Shown: positions 30,121 through 39,925 of the stretch, piece after piece | Layout: each line of letters opens with the position of its first letter | Numbering within the stretch: position 1 is the stretch's first letter | Assembly: GCA_050012755.1 (NCBI GenBank) | Contig: JBEKGO010000002.1 | Span: forward strand, 32,001 to 96,000 | DNA from: Candidatus Bathyarchaeia archaeon | Lineage (GTDB): Archaea > Thermoproteota > Bathyarchaeia > Bathyarchaeales > Bathycorpusculaceae | Length of the DNA: 64,000 bases | Reading direction: 5' to 3' | Translations under genes and position numbers: made by a program | Notes under the pieces: model-generated | What the model was told of the DNA's origin: nothing | The model's input: the letters and a program-made list of their open reading frames with translations, nothing else | Databases searched by the model: none

Positions 30121-30216
30121 TTTAGATGAATGAATTCAAATCAGAAAAAGTCTAATATGGACTTGCAACGAGGAAAAAATTTAAGACTGATTGAGTTTAT
30201 AGAAGCGGTGTCGTAA

Positions 30217-31050
30217 ACGGAAAAATCAACAGTTGCAATCGTCAAAGGCGAAAGAGGGCACGAACCCGTTTTCAAAGCGCTCGACTTAATCGATTACAAA
30301 TCTTGCCTATCTGGTTACAAGAAAGCGCTCATAAAAGTCAATTTCATAACAACTAAAACATGGGACACCGGAGCAACAACCGACCCCATCGTTGTTGAAG
30401 CTATAATAAGAAAACTCAAGGATTTGTCCATTGAAATCTTCGTTGCAGAATCAGACGCTACCATGACTAACGCAGACAAAGCCTCCGAAGTCACCGGAAT
30501 GAAAGAGATGTGCGAACAAAACGGCGTAGAATTCTTAAACTTGCGATATCAAAAAGAAAAAGTCAAAATTCCTATTCCGGGCTGCGAAACCCTAGGCAGC
30601 ATCACCGTTCCCAAAATAGTTATGGAATCAGCCGTAATTAGTGCCGCAAAACTCAAAACCCACACCGCAACGAAAGTCACGTTAGGAATGAAGAACATGT
30701 TTGGTCTTATGCCCGACAAGTTTAAGGGAAAATATCATGTTCGAGGCATAAGCAGCGTGATAGTTGATATAAACACTGTAATAAAACCTGCATTAACAGT
30801 GATAGATGGCTTCGTGGCTATGGAAGGCAAAGGCCCAACCGATGGCACACCAGTCAAGATGGATTTGATAATTGCAGGAAAAGATGTTGTCGCCACAGAC
30901 GCAACCGCCGCGAGAGTCATGGGATTTGAGCCTAAAGAAATCAGCCATATCAGAAGAGCAGGCGAGAAAGGCTTAGGAAACATTGATAACATAGAAATCG
31001 TAGGTTCAAAAATAGAAGACGTAACAAAAGTGTTTAAGCGAAGCAGGTAA
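30217..31050 (+). CDS. DUF362 domain protein, apparent ACG start
   Basis: Frame of ORF 30424..31050 stays open upstream to ACG at 30217, directly after an in-frame TAA, adding STVAIVK, LIKVN and GATTDP; KLKTH, TLGMKN, IDG, EGKGP, DVVATD motifs. Confidence 0.85.
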   Translation, partial: TEKSTVAIVKGERGHEPVFKALDLIDYKSCLSGYKKALIKVNFITTKTWDTGATTDPIVVEAIIRKLKDLSIEIFVAESDATMTNADKASEVTGMKEMCEQNGVEFLNLRYQKEKVKIPIPGCETLGSITVPKIVMESAVISAAKLKTHTATKVTLGMKNMFGLMPDKFKGKYHVRGISSVIVDINTVIKPALTVIDGFVAMEGKGPTDGTPVKMDLIIAGKDVVATDATAARVMGFEPKEISHIRRAGEKGLGNIDNIEIVGSKIEDVTKVFKRSR

Positions 31051-31126
31051 CCGCTCAGTGAAAGATCTCTCTTGTCGATACGCTGATTAGCGAAAAAAGA
31101 GAAAGAAGATTCTCTGTTCGTTTTTT

Positions 31127-31528
31127 CTATGCGGCTGCTGTTAAGAAAACGATGTTTTTCCTGGTTTTTGTCGATGGAACAAAAGTTGCGCCATATTTTG
31201 ATACTTGTCTACTTGTTTCTCCATGGCTTTTGTGGCACTGCACACCCATTGTTTTTTTGTCTTGCGAGACCCAAACTACACAGCCAATGGTTCTGCATTC
31301 AGGACACATTCTGTGGTCACCGACATTAACTACCGGTTTAATTTGTTTATTTTCTTTCTGAGACGACGCTCCGCTCTTAATGTACAAATTTTTTTGCCCC
31401 TTGATTTTTTCCTTGAAAAGAATCAGTGACTCAACAGGGTCAGCCAAGAGAACAAAAGAAGCTCTTCGCTTACATGAAAGGCGCCCGCGCTTATAAACCA
31501 AGTAAAGATGATGGTAACTCGATGACAT
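31127..31528 (-). CDS. Hypothetical Zn-binding protein
   Basis: CPEC...CHKSH; start uncertain. Confidence 0.55.
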   Translation of the reverse strand: MSSSYHHLYLVYKRGRLSCKRRASFVLLADPVESLILFKEKIKGQKNLYIKSGASSQKENKQIKPVVNVGDHRMCPECRTIGCVVWVSQDKKTMGVQCHKSHGETSRQVSKYGATFVPSTKTRKNIVFLTAAA

Positions 31529-31649
31529 AACATTTTGGCTTTGGTGCTTAGACGCTTACCAATTAATATAAAGAAACTTCAGCCTTCAAGAGCGTATTGT
31601 TGCTGGAAAGGTTTATTTTGTTGCGTCGCTGTATGATGTGAAATTGCAG

Positions 31650-31695
31650 GCGGACAACATGTCCGTTGGGATGTGGTCCCCTCGGGGACTGAACC
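31650..31695 (+). promoter_or_regulatory. Structured 5' leader of rpl15e (two hairpins)
   Basis: CGGACA-aca-TGTCCG and GTCCCC-tc-GGGGAC followed by TGA; GC-rich in an AT-rich intergenic region. Confidence 0.55.
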
Positions 31696-31731
31696 GTAAG
31701 CAAAAATACATTGAGGAGGAAAAACGAAAAA

Positions 31732-32325
31732 ATGGCATATAAGTACATAGCGGAAGAATGGTCTGCCCCAGAAAAATCCTTCGTTGAAGAACTCATGCGC
31801 GAAAGATTAGTGCAATGGCGAAAACAGCCATCGACAATGCGTCTTGAACATCCAACAAGGCTTGACAGGGCAAGAAAACTAGGCTACAAAGCCAAACAAG
31901 GCTTCGTAATGGCCAGAACAAAAGTCCGAAGAGGCAACCTAAGAAAACTACGTCCACGATCAGGCAGACGCCCAAAACGAATGGGAGTCGCCAAATTCAA
32001 ACCAGGCAAAAGCCTAAAACTTATTGCTGAAGAACGTACAGCAAGGCATTTCCCAAACATGGAAGTTTTGAACAGTTACTGGGTAGGCGAAGACGGAAAA
32101 CACAAATGGTTTGAAGTCATACTGGTCGATCCAAAGGCGCCAGGCATAAAAACAGACAAAGACATCAATTGGATAGCTGAGAGACAACATACCAGCAGAG
32201 TCTTTAGAAGCATGACGAGCGCAGGTAAAAACGTCAGAGGCTTACATCATCGCGGAAGAGGCTCGGAAAAAGCAAGACCAAGCCATCAAAGAGGAGCAAG
32301 ACATCCAGACAAACAGAGATGGTAA
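31732..32325 (+). CDS. rpl15e: 50S ribosomal protein L15e
   Basis: [48 protein letters not shown]. Confidence 0.97.
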   Translation: MAYKYIAEEWSAPEKSFVEELMRERLVQWRKQPSTMRLEHPTRLDRARKLGYKAKQGFVMARTKVRRGNLRKLRPRSGRRPKRMGVAKFKPGKSLKLIAEERTARHFPNMEVLNSYWVGEDGKHKWFEVILVDPKAPGIKTDKDINWIAERQHTSRVFRSMTSAGKNVRGLHHRGRGSEKARPSHQRGARHPDKQRW

Positions 32326-32600
32326 ATATGCATCACATGAAAGCAGTAATAACAAAGCAAAACGGCAAACAAAGCATCGGAAGAGGATTCAGCTTGTCCG
32401 AACTTGAAAAAGCAGGCTTAAATAAACAAGATGCAAAAAAAATCGGCATACCGCTCGACATAAAACGCAAATCGTTGCATGATGAAAACGTCGCGACATT
32501 AAAAAAACATGCAGAAAAAGCCAAAGCAGAAGCAGCAGCAAAACCAAAACCAGAAAAACCCGCTGCCGAAACAAAGCCAAAGAAAAAAGCTAAAAGCTAG
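32319..32600 (+). CDS. rpl13e: 50S ribosomal protein L13e (short archaeal form)
   Basis: [14 protein letters not shown]...[11 protein letters not shown]...ENV. Confidence 0.9.
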   Translation: MVNMHHMKAVITKQNGKQSIGRGFSLSELEKAGLNKQDAKKIGIPLDIKRKSLHDENVATLKKHAEKAKAEAAAKPKPEKPAAETKPKKKAKS

Positions 32601-32625
32601 AAGCCCAAAGACAAAACGGTAACCA

Positions 32626-33072
32626 ATGTCTTCTAAACCGCCAATAGGATACATAGACATTCGAGTCTTCGCACACGCAACTGAAGACACCGAAAAAGTC
32701 GAAACCGCCGTCAGAAACCTGCTGCCAACCGAACTGGCAGAAACCCTCATTTTCCAAAAAACAAGTTTAACGGGGCATCATGGGAACCCTATTATTCTTT
32801 TTACAGCTCAATTAACAGATAAGAAAACGCTTCCAGCTATACTCCAAAAAATTGGTTCAGCTCTAAATTCGCTTGACAAGGAAGAATTATGCCGCAACTT
32901 GAAACTGCATTTGGAAAAGCGAAACTTGTATCTAAGATTCGACAAACAAGCTGCTTCTTTGGGAGACATAAAGTTTACGCAAAACGACCCTATCCACCTC
33001 AAAATCCATTTTAAAAATAAGACAGCTGAAGAAATAGCTGAAATTTGTACAAGTACTGGGTTGATGCTATGA
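32626..33072 (+). CDS. RNA-binding protein (COG1325 type)
   Basis: FAHATEDTEKV, GHHGNPI, LYLRFDKQ. Confidence 0.88.
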   Translation: MSSKPPIGYIDIRVFAHATEDTEKVETAVRNLLPTELAETLIFQKTSLTGHHGNPIILFTAQLTDKKTLPAILQKIGSALNSLDKEELCRNLKLHLEKRNLYLRFDKQAASLGDIKFTQNDPIHLKIHFKNKTAEEIAEICTSTGLML

Positions 33073-33800
33073 CACGAGTTTTCGCTGATTTGCATTTACG
33101 CGTTAACCCCAAAGACGAACAGGCAACACAGCAACTGATCACTCGTGCTGCACGTTTCGGCTACAGCCTAATTTCCATTCCATCCACTTCCGCCCTACGC
33201 GAAGAAGAACTATCCAAACTCAAAGCAACCTGCAACCGATTAGGCATGGATTTTGTTTCACGCGTGGATTTTCATCCTAGAACAGAGAACGATTTAATCC
33301 ATTTCCTACGCAAATTCAGACGCCGATTTGAGGTAATTAGCATCACATGCGACACCAAGGAAGTGGCAAGACAAGCGGCAAAAGACAGACGAGTTGACCT
33401 TCTAAATTTTCCAAGTTTAGACTATCATAAACGGTTTTTTGACCGCGCAGAAGCTGAATTGGCAAGTGGCAGTTTATCCTCCTTAGAAGTAGATGTTAAA
33501 CCGCTCTTGGTTTTGGAGGGCCCATCGCGGGTTAGAATGCTGATGAGTTTGCGCCGTGAAGTTGCATTTGCAAAGGAGTTTAGGGTGCCTCTAGTGATTT
33601 CCAGCGGCGTTGCCGAGGAAAAATTTATGCGGTTCCCACGAGATATGGCAAGTCTGGCTTTCACACTTGGGTTGGATGAAGCTTCAGGTCTTGAAGCTGT
33701 TTCAGCTAATCCAGTGGCAATTGTCTTGCGTAACCGCGAAAAACTTAGCAGTCGATTTGTGGCTCCGGGCATAAGTATAGTTAAGGAGGGCAAAACGTGA
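33069..33800 (+). CDS. rnp3: RNase P protein subunit Rpp30
   Basis: ARQAAKDRRVDLL, LVISSG...PRD; context with Pop5 and rpl15e. Confidence 0.9.
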   Translation: MTRVFADLHLRVNPKDEQATQQLITRAARFGYSLISIPSTSALREEELSKLKATCNRLGMDFVSRVDFHPRTENDLIHFLRKFRRRFEVISITCDTKEVARQAAKDRRVDLLNFPSLDYHKRFFDRAEAELASGSLSSLEVDVKPLLVLEGPSRVRMLMSLRREVAFAKEFRVPLVISSGVAEEKFMRFPRDMASLAFTLGLDEASGLEAVSANPVAIVLRNREKLSSRFVAPGISIVKEGKT

Positions 33801-34111
33801 AGCGGGTTAAACGGCGTTATTTAGCCCTTCTAGTTGAATGCGAATCCTTGCCGTCTGAACGCGAGTTTATCGACGCTGTTTGGGCTGCGGTTACCAAGTT
33901 TTACGGTGAGGTTGGGGCAAGCACTACTGGTTTGAGCTTGATTAATTTTGATATGGAACGGAAAATTGCGGTTATTCGAATTTCGCTGGCTGCTTTGAGC
34001 ATCGTAAAGGCTTCCGTGGCTGCAATCATCAGCATATCGGGCAAGGAGGGAGCGGTTCATGTGTTGGCTGTTTCAGGTACCCTTAAGGCGCTTTATGCTA
34101 ACGTAAAATAG
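33797..34111 (+). CDS. rnp2: RNase P protein subunit Pop5/Rpp14
   Basis: KRRYL, YGEVG, VSGTLK. Confidence 0.9.
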   Translation: MKRVKRRYLALLVECESLPSEREFIDAVWAAVTKFYGEVGASTTGLSLINFDMERKIAVIRISLAALSIVKASVAAIISISGKEGAVHVLAVSGTLKALYANVK

Positions 34112-34255
34112 CTTTTGCTATATTTATGTGTAAAGTTTTTGCTTTATTTTGACAATAAATTTTGAAGCTTTGTAACATTCATTCATGGACAAACTTGCAG
34201 AAGTAGTGGAGAAACGTTTATCAACCTCATGCAAGCGTAATTTATCATTACATAA

Positions 34256-35521
34256 GTGCTCAGACAGAGCATAAAAAATTACACAGAGACAAGAAAAATG
34301 GACTTACAGGATTTCTTTTTCAAATTACCAAAATTAAAAACTGAACCCATAATAGATGACACCACACTCCGCGACGGCATCCAAATGCCAGGGCTAGCAA
34401 CGGGACCAAAAGACTCAGCAAAAATAGCCCAATTTCTCGCCGAAGTTGGAATTGAACGAATAGAGCTCTTTCACTACCAAGAGCCCGACAAAAAAGCTGC
34501 AAAACTTATTAAAGATCTAAATCTTGACCTCCGCGTTGCAGGCTGGTGCAGAGCCTTAAAAGAAGACATAGACAGCGCAGTAGCATGCGGGTTCAAAGAA
34601 GTTGGCATATCTCATCCAGTTTCAGATCTCCATTTCAAAGCCAAATGGCCCGAAAAAACCACAGAACAAATCTTAGCTAACATGATTGACGTAGTAGAGT
34701 ACTCAGCTAAAACCTGCGGATTAAGAACGTTTGTTCATGGCGAAGACAGCACACGAGCAAACTGGGATTTCGAGAAAAACTTTATCAACGCTGCAGCCGA
34801 CGCAGGAGCCGAATGCTACCGCATCTGTGACACAGTCGGCATCGGATTATCTGACCCAACCGCTCCACTACCTAACGGCATTCCCGCAAAAGTCGTAGCT
34901 ATCAAAAAAGAAACAAAAATGGGCGCTATAGAAATCCATGCACACGACGACTTCGGAAATGCAGTTGAAAATACAATGGCAGCAATCAAGGCAGCTTCAG
35001 GAGTATGGGACAAAGTTTACGCCAGCACAACATACCTGGGCATTGGCGAACGTGCGGGCAACGCAGAAACGGAAAAAGTGCTCCTAAACCTGTACTTGCA
35101 TTACGGTGTCAGAAAGTATGAGGGCAAAACTCAGCTGCTGAAGGCAACGGCGGATTACATTGGAAAGGCAACAGGCTATGTTGTTCCGCCTAACAAAGCA
35201 ATTGTTGGCGACTATGGTTTCGCACATGAGTCAGGAATTCACACACACGACGTATTGAGTGATCCATGGACATATGAGCCATACCCGCCAGAACTTGTCG
35301 GAAACGAGCGACGTTTAACAATTGGGAAACAATCAGGCAAAGGCATAATTAAACATAAAATAACAGAGCTATCAGGCAACGAACCTGATGATCAAACCGT
35401 GGCTGGTGTTGTTGACAGAGTCAAAGAAATCTATGCGAATGGCAGAAGGGCATCACTTAAAGAGGAAGAATTCAAAAAAATCCTTCGCATACTAAAAATT
35501 CTACCAGAAAACAATCACTAA
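34256..35521 (+). CDS. DRE-TIM acyl-CoA condensing enzyme (homocitrate/Re-citrate synthase-like)
   Basis: DTTLRDG, HAHDDFG, GIGERAGN, HESGIH; CDTVGIG...APLP insertion; no LeuA regulatory domain. Confidence 0.85.
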   Translation: MLRQSIKNYTETRKMDLQDFFFKLPKLKTEPIIDDTTLRDGIQMPGLATGPKDSAKIAQFLAEVGIERIELFHYQEPDKKAAKLIKDLNLDLRVAGWCRALKEDIDSAVACGFKEVGISHPVSDLHFKAKWPEKTTEQILANMIDVVEYSAKTCGLRTFVHGEDSTRANWDFEKNFINAAADAGAECYRICDTVGIGLSDPTAPLPNGIPAKVVAIKKETKMGAIEIHAHDDFGNAVENTMAAIKAASGVWDKVYASTTYLGIGERAGNAETEKVLLNLYLHYGVRKYEGKTQLLKATADYIGKATGYVVPPNKAIVGDYGFAHESGIHTHDVLSDPWTYEPYPPELVGNERRLTIGKQSGKGIIKHKITELSGNEPDDQTVAGVVDRVKEIYANGRRASLKEEEFKKILRILKILPENNH

Positions 35522-35558
35522 TTTTTTTTCTAACCAAAGTAAATAAAAGAAAATAATT

Positions 35559-36521
35559 CTAGGCTTGCTCACATTTTTGGAGAAGCCGTTGCCAGTTTTT
35601 GTCGGTTAATGCTTGAATCTTGTCAATTACATGCTGGTTTTGCGGAGTGAACAAGTGTCTAAATCTACCTTGCCCAACTAAGTAATCTTTAACTGGCTTT
35701 TTCTTTTGCGGTGCCAAAGAAATCAGTTTACTCGGTGTTGAAAGCTGCCGGTTGCCGTTTACCGCTTCCCAAATTGGGAAAACACATGATTCTACTGATA
35801 GCTTTGAATACTCCATGGTTTTGCCTGGTTCAGTTCGCCAACCTCTTGGGCAAGGAGCAAAGATGTGCAGGAACGCTGGGCCTTCTACTTCTAAGCCTTT
35901 GCGGACTTTGGTCAGCATGTCTTTCCAGTAGTATGGTGTTGCAGTTGCTACATATTTCATGTCGTGTGCTAGCATGATTTCTGTGATTGGTTTTTTCATT
36001 TCAAGTTTGCCTGGATTTACTGAGCCGGCTGGAGTGGTTGTTGTTGCGGCTCCAATTGGTGTTGAGCTGCTTCTTTGGATTCCAGTGTTCATGTAACCCT
36101 CGTTATCATAGAGTATAAAGAGGAAGTCGTGTCCACGTTCAACAGCGCCGGATAAAGCTTGTAATCCAATATCGTAGGTTCCGCCGTCGCCAGCAATTGC
36201 GATAATGTCAATGTGTTCTTTGACTTTTCCTTTCTTTTGCAGTGCTTTTAGTGCTGCGTCAATGCCTGAAGCGTTTGCAGCGGCGTTTTCAAAAGCTGTA
36301 TGTAGCCATGGCAGCGCCCATGAAGTGTATGGGTAGCTTGATCCCACTATTTCCATGCAGCCAGTTGCTTGAGTTACAATTGTTGGTCCACGGGTTGCTT
36401 TCATTATCAGCCGCAATACTGCTGCTGGTCCGCAGCCTGCACATGCTCGGTGTCCTGAAAGGAAAAGGTCTGGTTTGGATGCAATATCTTTTGCTGTGAA
36501 TTTCCATTCTTGAGTTGTCAA
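35559..36521 (-). CDS. porB: Pyruvate/2-oxoacid:ferredoxin oxidoreductase beta subunit
   Basis: ACAGCG, GDGGTYDIG, YMNTGIQRS, PCPRGW. Confidence 0.94.
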   Translation of the reverse strand: MTTQEWKFTAKDIASKPDLFLSGHRACAGCGPAAVLRLIMKATRGPTIVTQATGCMEIVGSSYPYTSWALPWLHTAFENAAANASGIDAALKALQKKGKVKEHIDIIAIAGDGGTYDIGLQALSGAVERGHDFLFILYDNEGYMNTGIQRSSSTPIGAATTTTPAGSVNPGKLEMKKPITEIMLAHDMKYVATATPYYWKDMLTKVRKGLEVEGPAFLHIFAPCPRGWRTEPGKTMEYSKLSVESCVFPIWEAVNGNRQLSTPSKLISLAPQKKKPVKDYLVGQGRFRHLFTPQNQHVIDKIQALTDKNWQRLLQKCEQA

Positions 36522-36534
36522 CTTTGTGTCCTCC

Positions 36535-37767
36535 TTACTCCCTTAATCCAAAATAGTGGACTTCTTTTTCTACGTGTCCAGTTTTAACAATTCGTGTTAA
36601 CTCATCGAAGATTTTTCGCAGGTCATGTGGGCTTGTGTCTCTGCCGCCTAAACCGAAAATAAAGCTCACGATATTTGGATGATCTTTTGCATCGTATAGT
36701 GCATTTCGAACTTCACTAAAGACCGCGCCACCTAAGCCGCCGGGAGTCATGCTTTTGTCCATAACTGCTATCGCTTTAACATTTCTTAATGCGTTTCGAA
36801 GTTCTTCAACGGGCAACGGCCTAAACGTACGTAACCGTAGAACTCCGACTTTAGCCCCTTCTTGTCTTAGCTGGTCAACTATTACTTTTAGTGTTCCAGC
36901 CGTCGAACCGACAACGACAATTGCAACTTCAGCGTCTTCAAGCTGGTAAGTATCAATGAGTCCGTTGCCATAGCTTCTGCCGCTGATTTTAGTGTATTCA
37001 CTGTTAACGTCTTGTATCTTCTTTAGGGCGTTTTTCATACCTTCTTCCTGTTGTCGCTTAAACTCGAAATAATAGTTCTGTAACGCGAATGGTCCCATGG
37101 TCATAGGGTTCTGTGGGTCAAGTTTGAATGGCACGATTTTCCCCTCGTGAGTAAGCACCATTGGAAATTGGCGTTCCCCAATGAACTGTCTGATTGCATC
37201 GTCGGGAAGAGTATCTACTCTTTCAAGGGTGTGGCTGATTGTGAAGCCGTCTAAAGCAACAATTATTGGTAACGAGACGCCAACGTCTTCAGCTATTTTG
37301 AACGCTTGAATAATTGAGTCATAAGCTTCTTGGGCGTTTTCAACGTAAATTTGAATCCATCCGCTGTCTCGTTCAGCCATACTGTCTGATTGGTCGCCAT
37401 GAATGTTTAGCGGCGAAGACAGGGCTCGGTTAGCAACAGCCATGACAACTGGCGCTCGAGAGCCCGAAGTGACAAAAAGCATTTCATGCATTAACGCTAA
37501 GCCTGCTGAGGCGCTAGCCGTGAAAGTTCGTGCTCCTGTAAGTGAGGCTGCAAGGCATGCGGTCATAGCGCTGTGTTCTGATTCTGTGCATACGAATTCT
37601 GTTTGAACTTCCCCGTTTGCGACGTACTCGCTGAATTTTTCAACTATGATTGTTTGGGGAGTGATTGGGTAAGCAGCAACCACGTCAACATCACACTGTT
37701 TGGCTGCTAGAGCAACTGCTTCGTCGCCGTTTAGTGCGCAGGTTTCCTGTTTAACTTGTGCCTTCAT
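36535..37767 (-). CDS. porA: Pyruvate/2-oxoacid:ferredoxin oxidoreductase alpha subunit
   Basis: AAYPITPQT, ESEHSA, RTFRPLP, GLGGRD. Confidence 0.94.
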   Translation of the reverse strand: MKAQVKQETCALNGDEAVALAAKQCDVDVVAAYPITPQTIIVEKFSEYVANGEVQTEFVCTESEHSAMTACLAASLTGARTFTASASAGLALMHEMLFVTSGSRAPVVMAVANRALSSPLNIHGDQSDSMAERDSGWIQIYVENAQEAYDSIIQAFKIAEDVGVSLPIIVALDGFTISHTLERVDTLPDDAIRQFIGERQFPMVLTHEGKIVPFKLDPQNPMTMGPFALQNYYFEFKRQQEEGMKNALKKIQDVNSEYTKISGRSYGNGLIDTYQLEDAEVAIVVVGSTAGTLKVIVDQLRQEGAKVGVLRLRTFRPLPVEELRNALRNVKAIAVMDKSMTPGGLGGAVFSEVRNALYDAKDHPNIVSFIFGLGGRDTSPHDLRKIFDELTRIVKTGHVEKEVHYFGLRE

Positions 37768-37768
37768 T

Positions 37769-38059
37769 TTATTGTTCGTCCTCTGGTAATTTCATAGTTA
37801 TTGCTTTAGTTGGACATTCATTTGCGCATATTCCGCAGCCTTTGCAGAAGCTGAAGTCAAATTCGATTTTACCGATTTCTGGACGCCACTTTATCGCTCC
37901 CTCAGGGCAAAACATCACACATGTTAAACATGTTGTACACTTTTCCAGGTCCCTTACCGGCATGTAAGTTTTCCAGTCGCCGGTCATGAATCCAACGCTT
38001 GATTTTGTACATATTCCAGCTATGGAGACTTCTTTCCAAGTTTTTTCTTTGCTGCTCAT
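37769..38059 (-). CDS. porD: POR delta subunit (2x4Fe-4S)
   Basis: TGDWK, CTTCLTCVMFCP, CKGCGICANECP. Confidence 0.94.
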   Translation of the reverse strand: MSSKEKTWKEVSIAGICTKSSVGFMTGDWKTYMPVRDLEKCTTCLTCVMFCPEGAIKWRPEIGKIEFDFSFCKGCGICANECPTKAITMKLPEDEQ

Positions 38060-38619
38060 TCACTTTTTGCCTCCACGTAAGCTTCCTTGATTACGGCAAA
38101 GTTCTTTTCTGCTAAGTCTGGTCTGAAACGTCCCTTCAACGTTTTTTGAATACCTTCAAGGGTGACCATGTTTGTTGCTTTAGCAACGCAGCCTAGCAAC
38201 GCTGTATTTGTTATTGGAGCACCCAAAATTCTTAGTGCAATTTCAGTAGCTGGAACCGTCCAAACTTTGCCTTTTGTTACCCTGAGATTTTCTTTCACGA
38301 CAGCCGGTTCCTCAGTTGAATTAATAATTAACACAGTTTCATCACGGTTTAATCCAGAGGTTACTGGAACAGATTTCAACAGAGTATTATCTAAAACGAC
38401 AACGACGTCAGGTTCATAAATTGCACAGTGCAACCTTATTGGTTCAGTGCTTATTCTTGTGAAGGCAGTAACGGGCGCGCCCATTCTTTCAGGCCCAAAT
38501 TCGGGGAATGATTGAATGTATTTGCCTTCATCAAGAGCTGTTCTTGCCACCAGTTCGCTGGCTGTCCAAGCTCCTTGACCACCTCTACCGTGCCATCTAA
38601 ACTCTACCATGCTTTTCAA
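38056..38619 (-). CDS. porG: POR gamma subunit
   Basis: HGRGGQG, FPEFGPERMGAPV. Confidence 0.94.
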   Translation of the reverse strand: MKSMVEFRWHGRGGQGAWTASELVARTALDEGKYIQSFPEFGPERMGAPVTAFTRISTEPIRLHCAIYEPDVVVVLDNTLLKSVPVTSGLNRDETVLIINSTEEPAVVKENLRVTKGKVWTVPATEIALRILGAPITNTALLGCVAKATNMVTLEGIQKTLKGRFRPDLAEKNFAVIKEAYVEAKSE

Positions 38620-38894
38620 ATAATCCTCTTCTCCGATGGGTTTTCTGATTAAAATAGTAAATTACCTTCATATACATTTTTCTAGTAAAATGGAAAAATC
38701 ATCGGTGTTACTGTAAAAAATGTTGGTTTTTAAGTTGACAAAAGGTATTGCCTGAGTATTATTAAATTGATTGTAGCCAAATCGAAAAATTTCAAATAAC
38801 ACATTTGGCAAGTTAGCAATAAAGATATATTTGCTTTCCCCCGTCAACATCTCCCGCACACAATTCCCTTTTTCTTTTCTCAGTAACCAATTAT

Positions 38895-39923
38895 TTGGAG
38901 TGTACTTCTTTGATTGAAATTGAAAAACCTGACTTAGTGGCTAGATTCCTTAAAAGAGCCGTTCACAAAGAATCAACCAGAAGAATCTACGCTAACGGTC
39001 TCAAAGCATTCGAAGCCTTCTATCAAAAACAAGGTACAGTTAACGATTTCATGGACAGATTAGACGCTGATCTGATGCTGCCTTATCCTTTGCGAAAGGG
39101 AGTAGCAAGAGACGTACTGAGTGACTTCATAGCAGACTTGAAAGAAAAAAAATACAGTCCAAAAACAATCAGCACCTATGTTAACGCTTTACGTGCCTTA
39201 GTCAGTGACAAATACGATGATGAATATTCAATGTCCATTCGAAATAGCGGTCTTCCTGATTCTGAGGCAGAAAGCGATAAACAAGAATGGAACCTGGAAC
39301 TAATCAGCGAATTCTTTCTATCCTTTGACAATCCACTTTACCAAACTATTTTAGCCGTTATCTTCCAGTCAGGTCTCGGAATCGGAGACGTCTTAGCACT
39401 CACATACTCAGACATTCAAGAAGAGTTTGAGGCTGGCATAGTTCCAATCCTACTAACTTTGAAACGTCACAAAACAGACGTTGAATTTACAACTTTTCTG
39501 GGCAAGGTCACAGTTGACCAAATTCGAGCCTACTTTAAACTTGTTGGCACTCCAAGCCCAGAAAGCAAAATATTCCAAATAACTAAGGGTAGCGTAGAAC
39601 GGTTTTTCGCTAGAAAAGCAAGAAAGATCATTCGCAAAGAGCTAAAGAAAAAGACAGACAAGGAATCTATCGAATTGTTGAAAGCAGAAAACCCTTGGAA
39701 ACACTTTTGCCCAATGCGACCCCACAGTTTGCGAGCTGCTTTTCAAAAACTGCTTGTCCTAGCTGGATGCCCAGAGATACTTAGCGAATTCTGGATGGGA
39801 CATGAAACAGAGAAACAAAAAGGCTGCTATATCTTGAAAGGCATGGGTCCAAAAGAGCACCGAGAACAGTATGTCAAGTTCTACGATAAAGCCTTAGCAT
39901 TCAAAACAGAAAGGAGCGATTAA
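38895..39923 (+). CDS. Tyrosine recombinase/integrase
   Basis: QSGLGIGD (canonical Arg position appears as G), RHKT, RPHSLR, MGH...Y. Confidence 0.88.
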   Translation: MECTSLIEIEKPDLVARFLKRAVHKESTRRIYANGLKAFEAFYQKQGTVNDFMDRLDADLMLPYPLRKGVARDVLSDFIADLKEKKYSPKTISTYVNALRALVSDKYDDEYSMSIRNSGLPDSEAESDKQEWNLELISEFFLSFDNPLYQTILAVIFQSGLGIGDVLALTYSDIQEEFEAGIVPILLTLKRHKTDVEFTTFLGKVTVDQIRAYFKLVGTPSPESKIFQITKGSVERFFARKARKIIRKELKKKTDKESIELLKAENPWKHFCPMRPHSLRAAFQKLLVLAGCPEILSEFWMGHETEKQKGCYILKGMGPKEHREQYVKFYDKALAFKTERSD

Positions 39924-39925
39924 AT

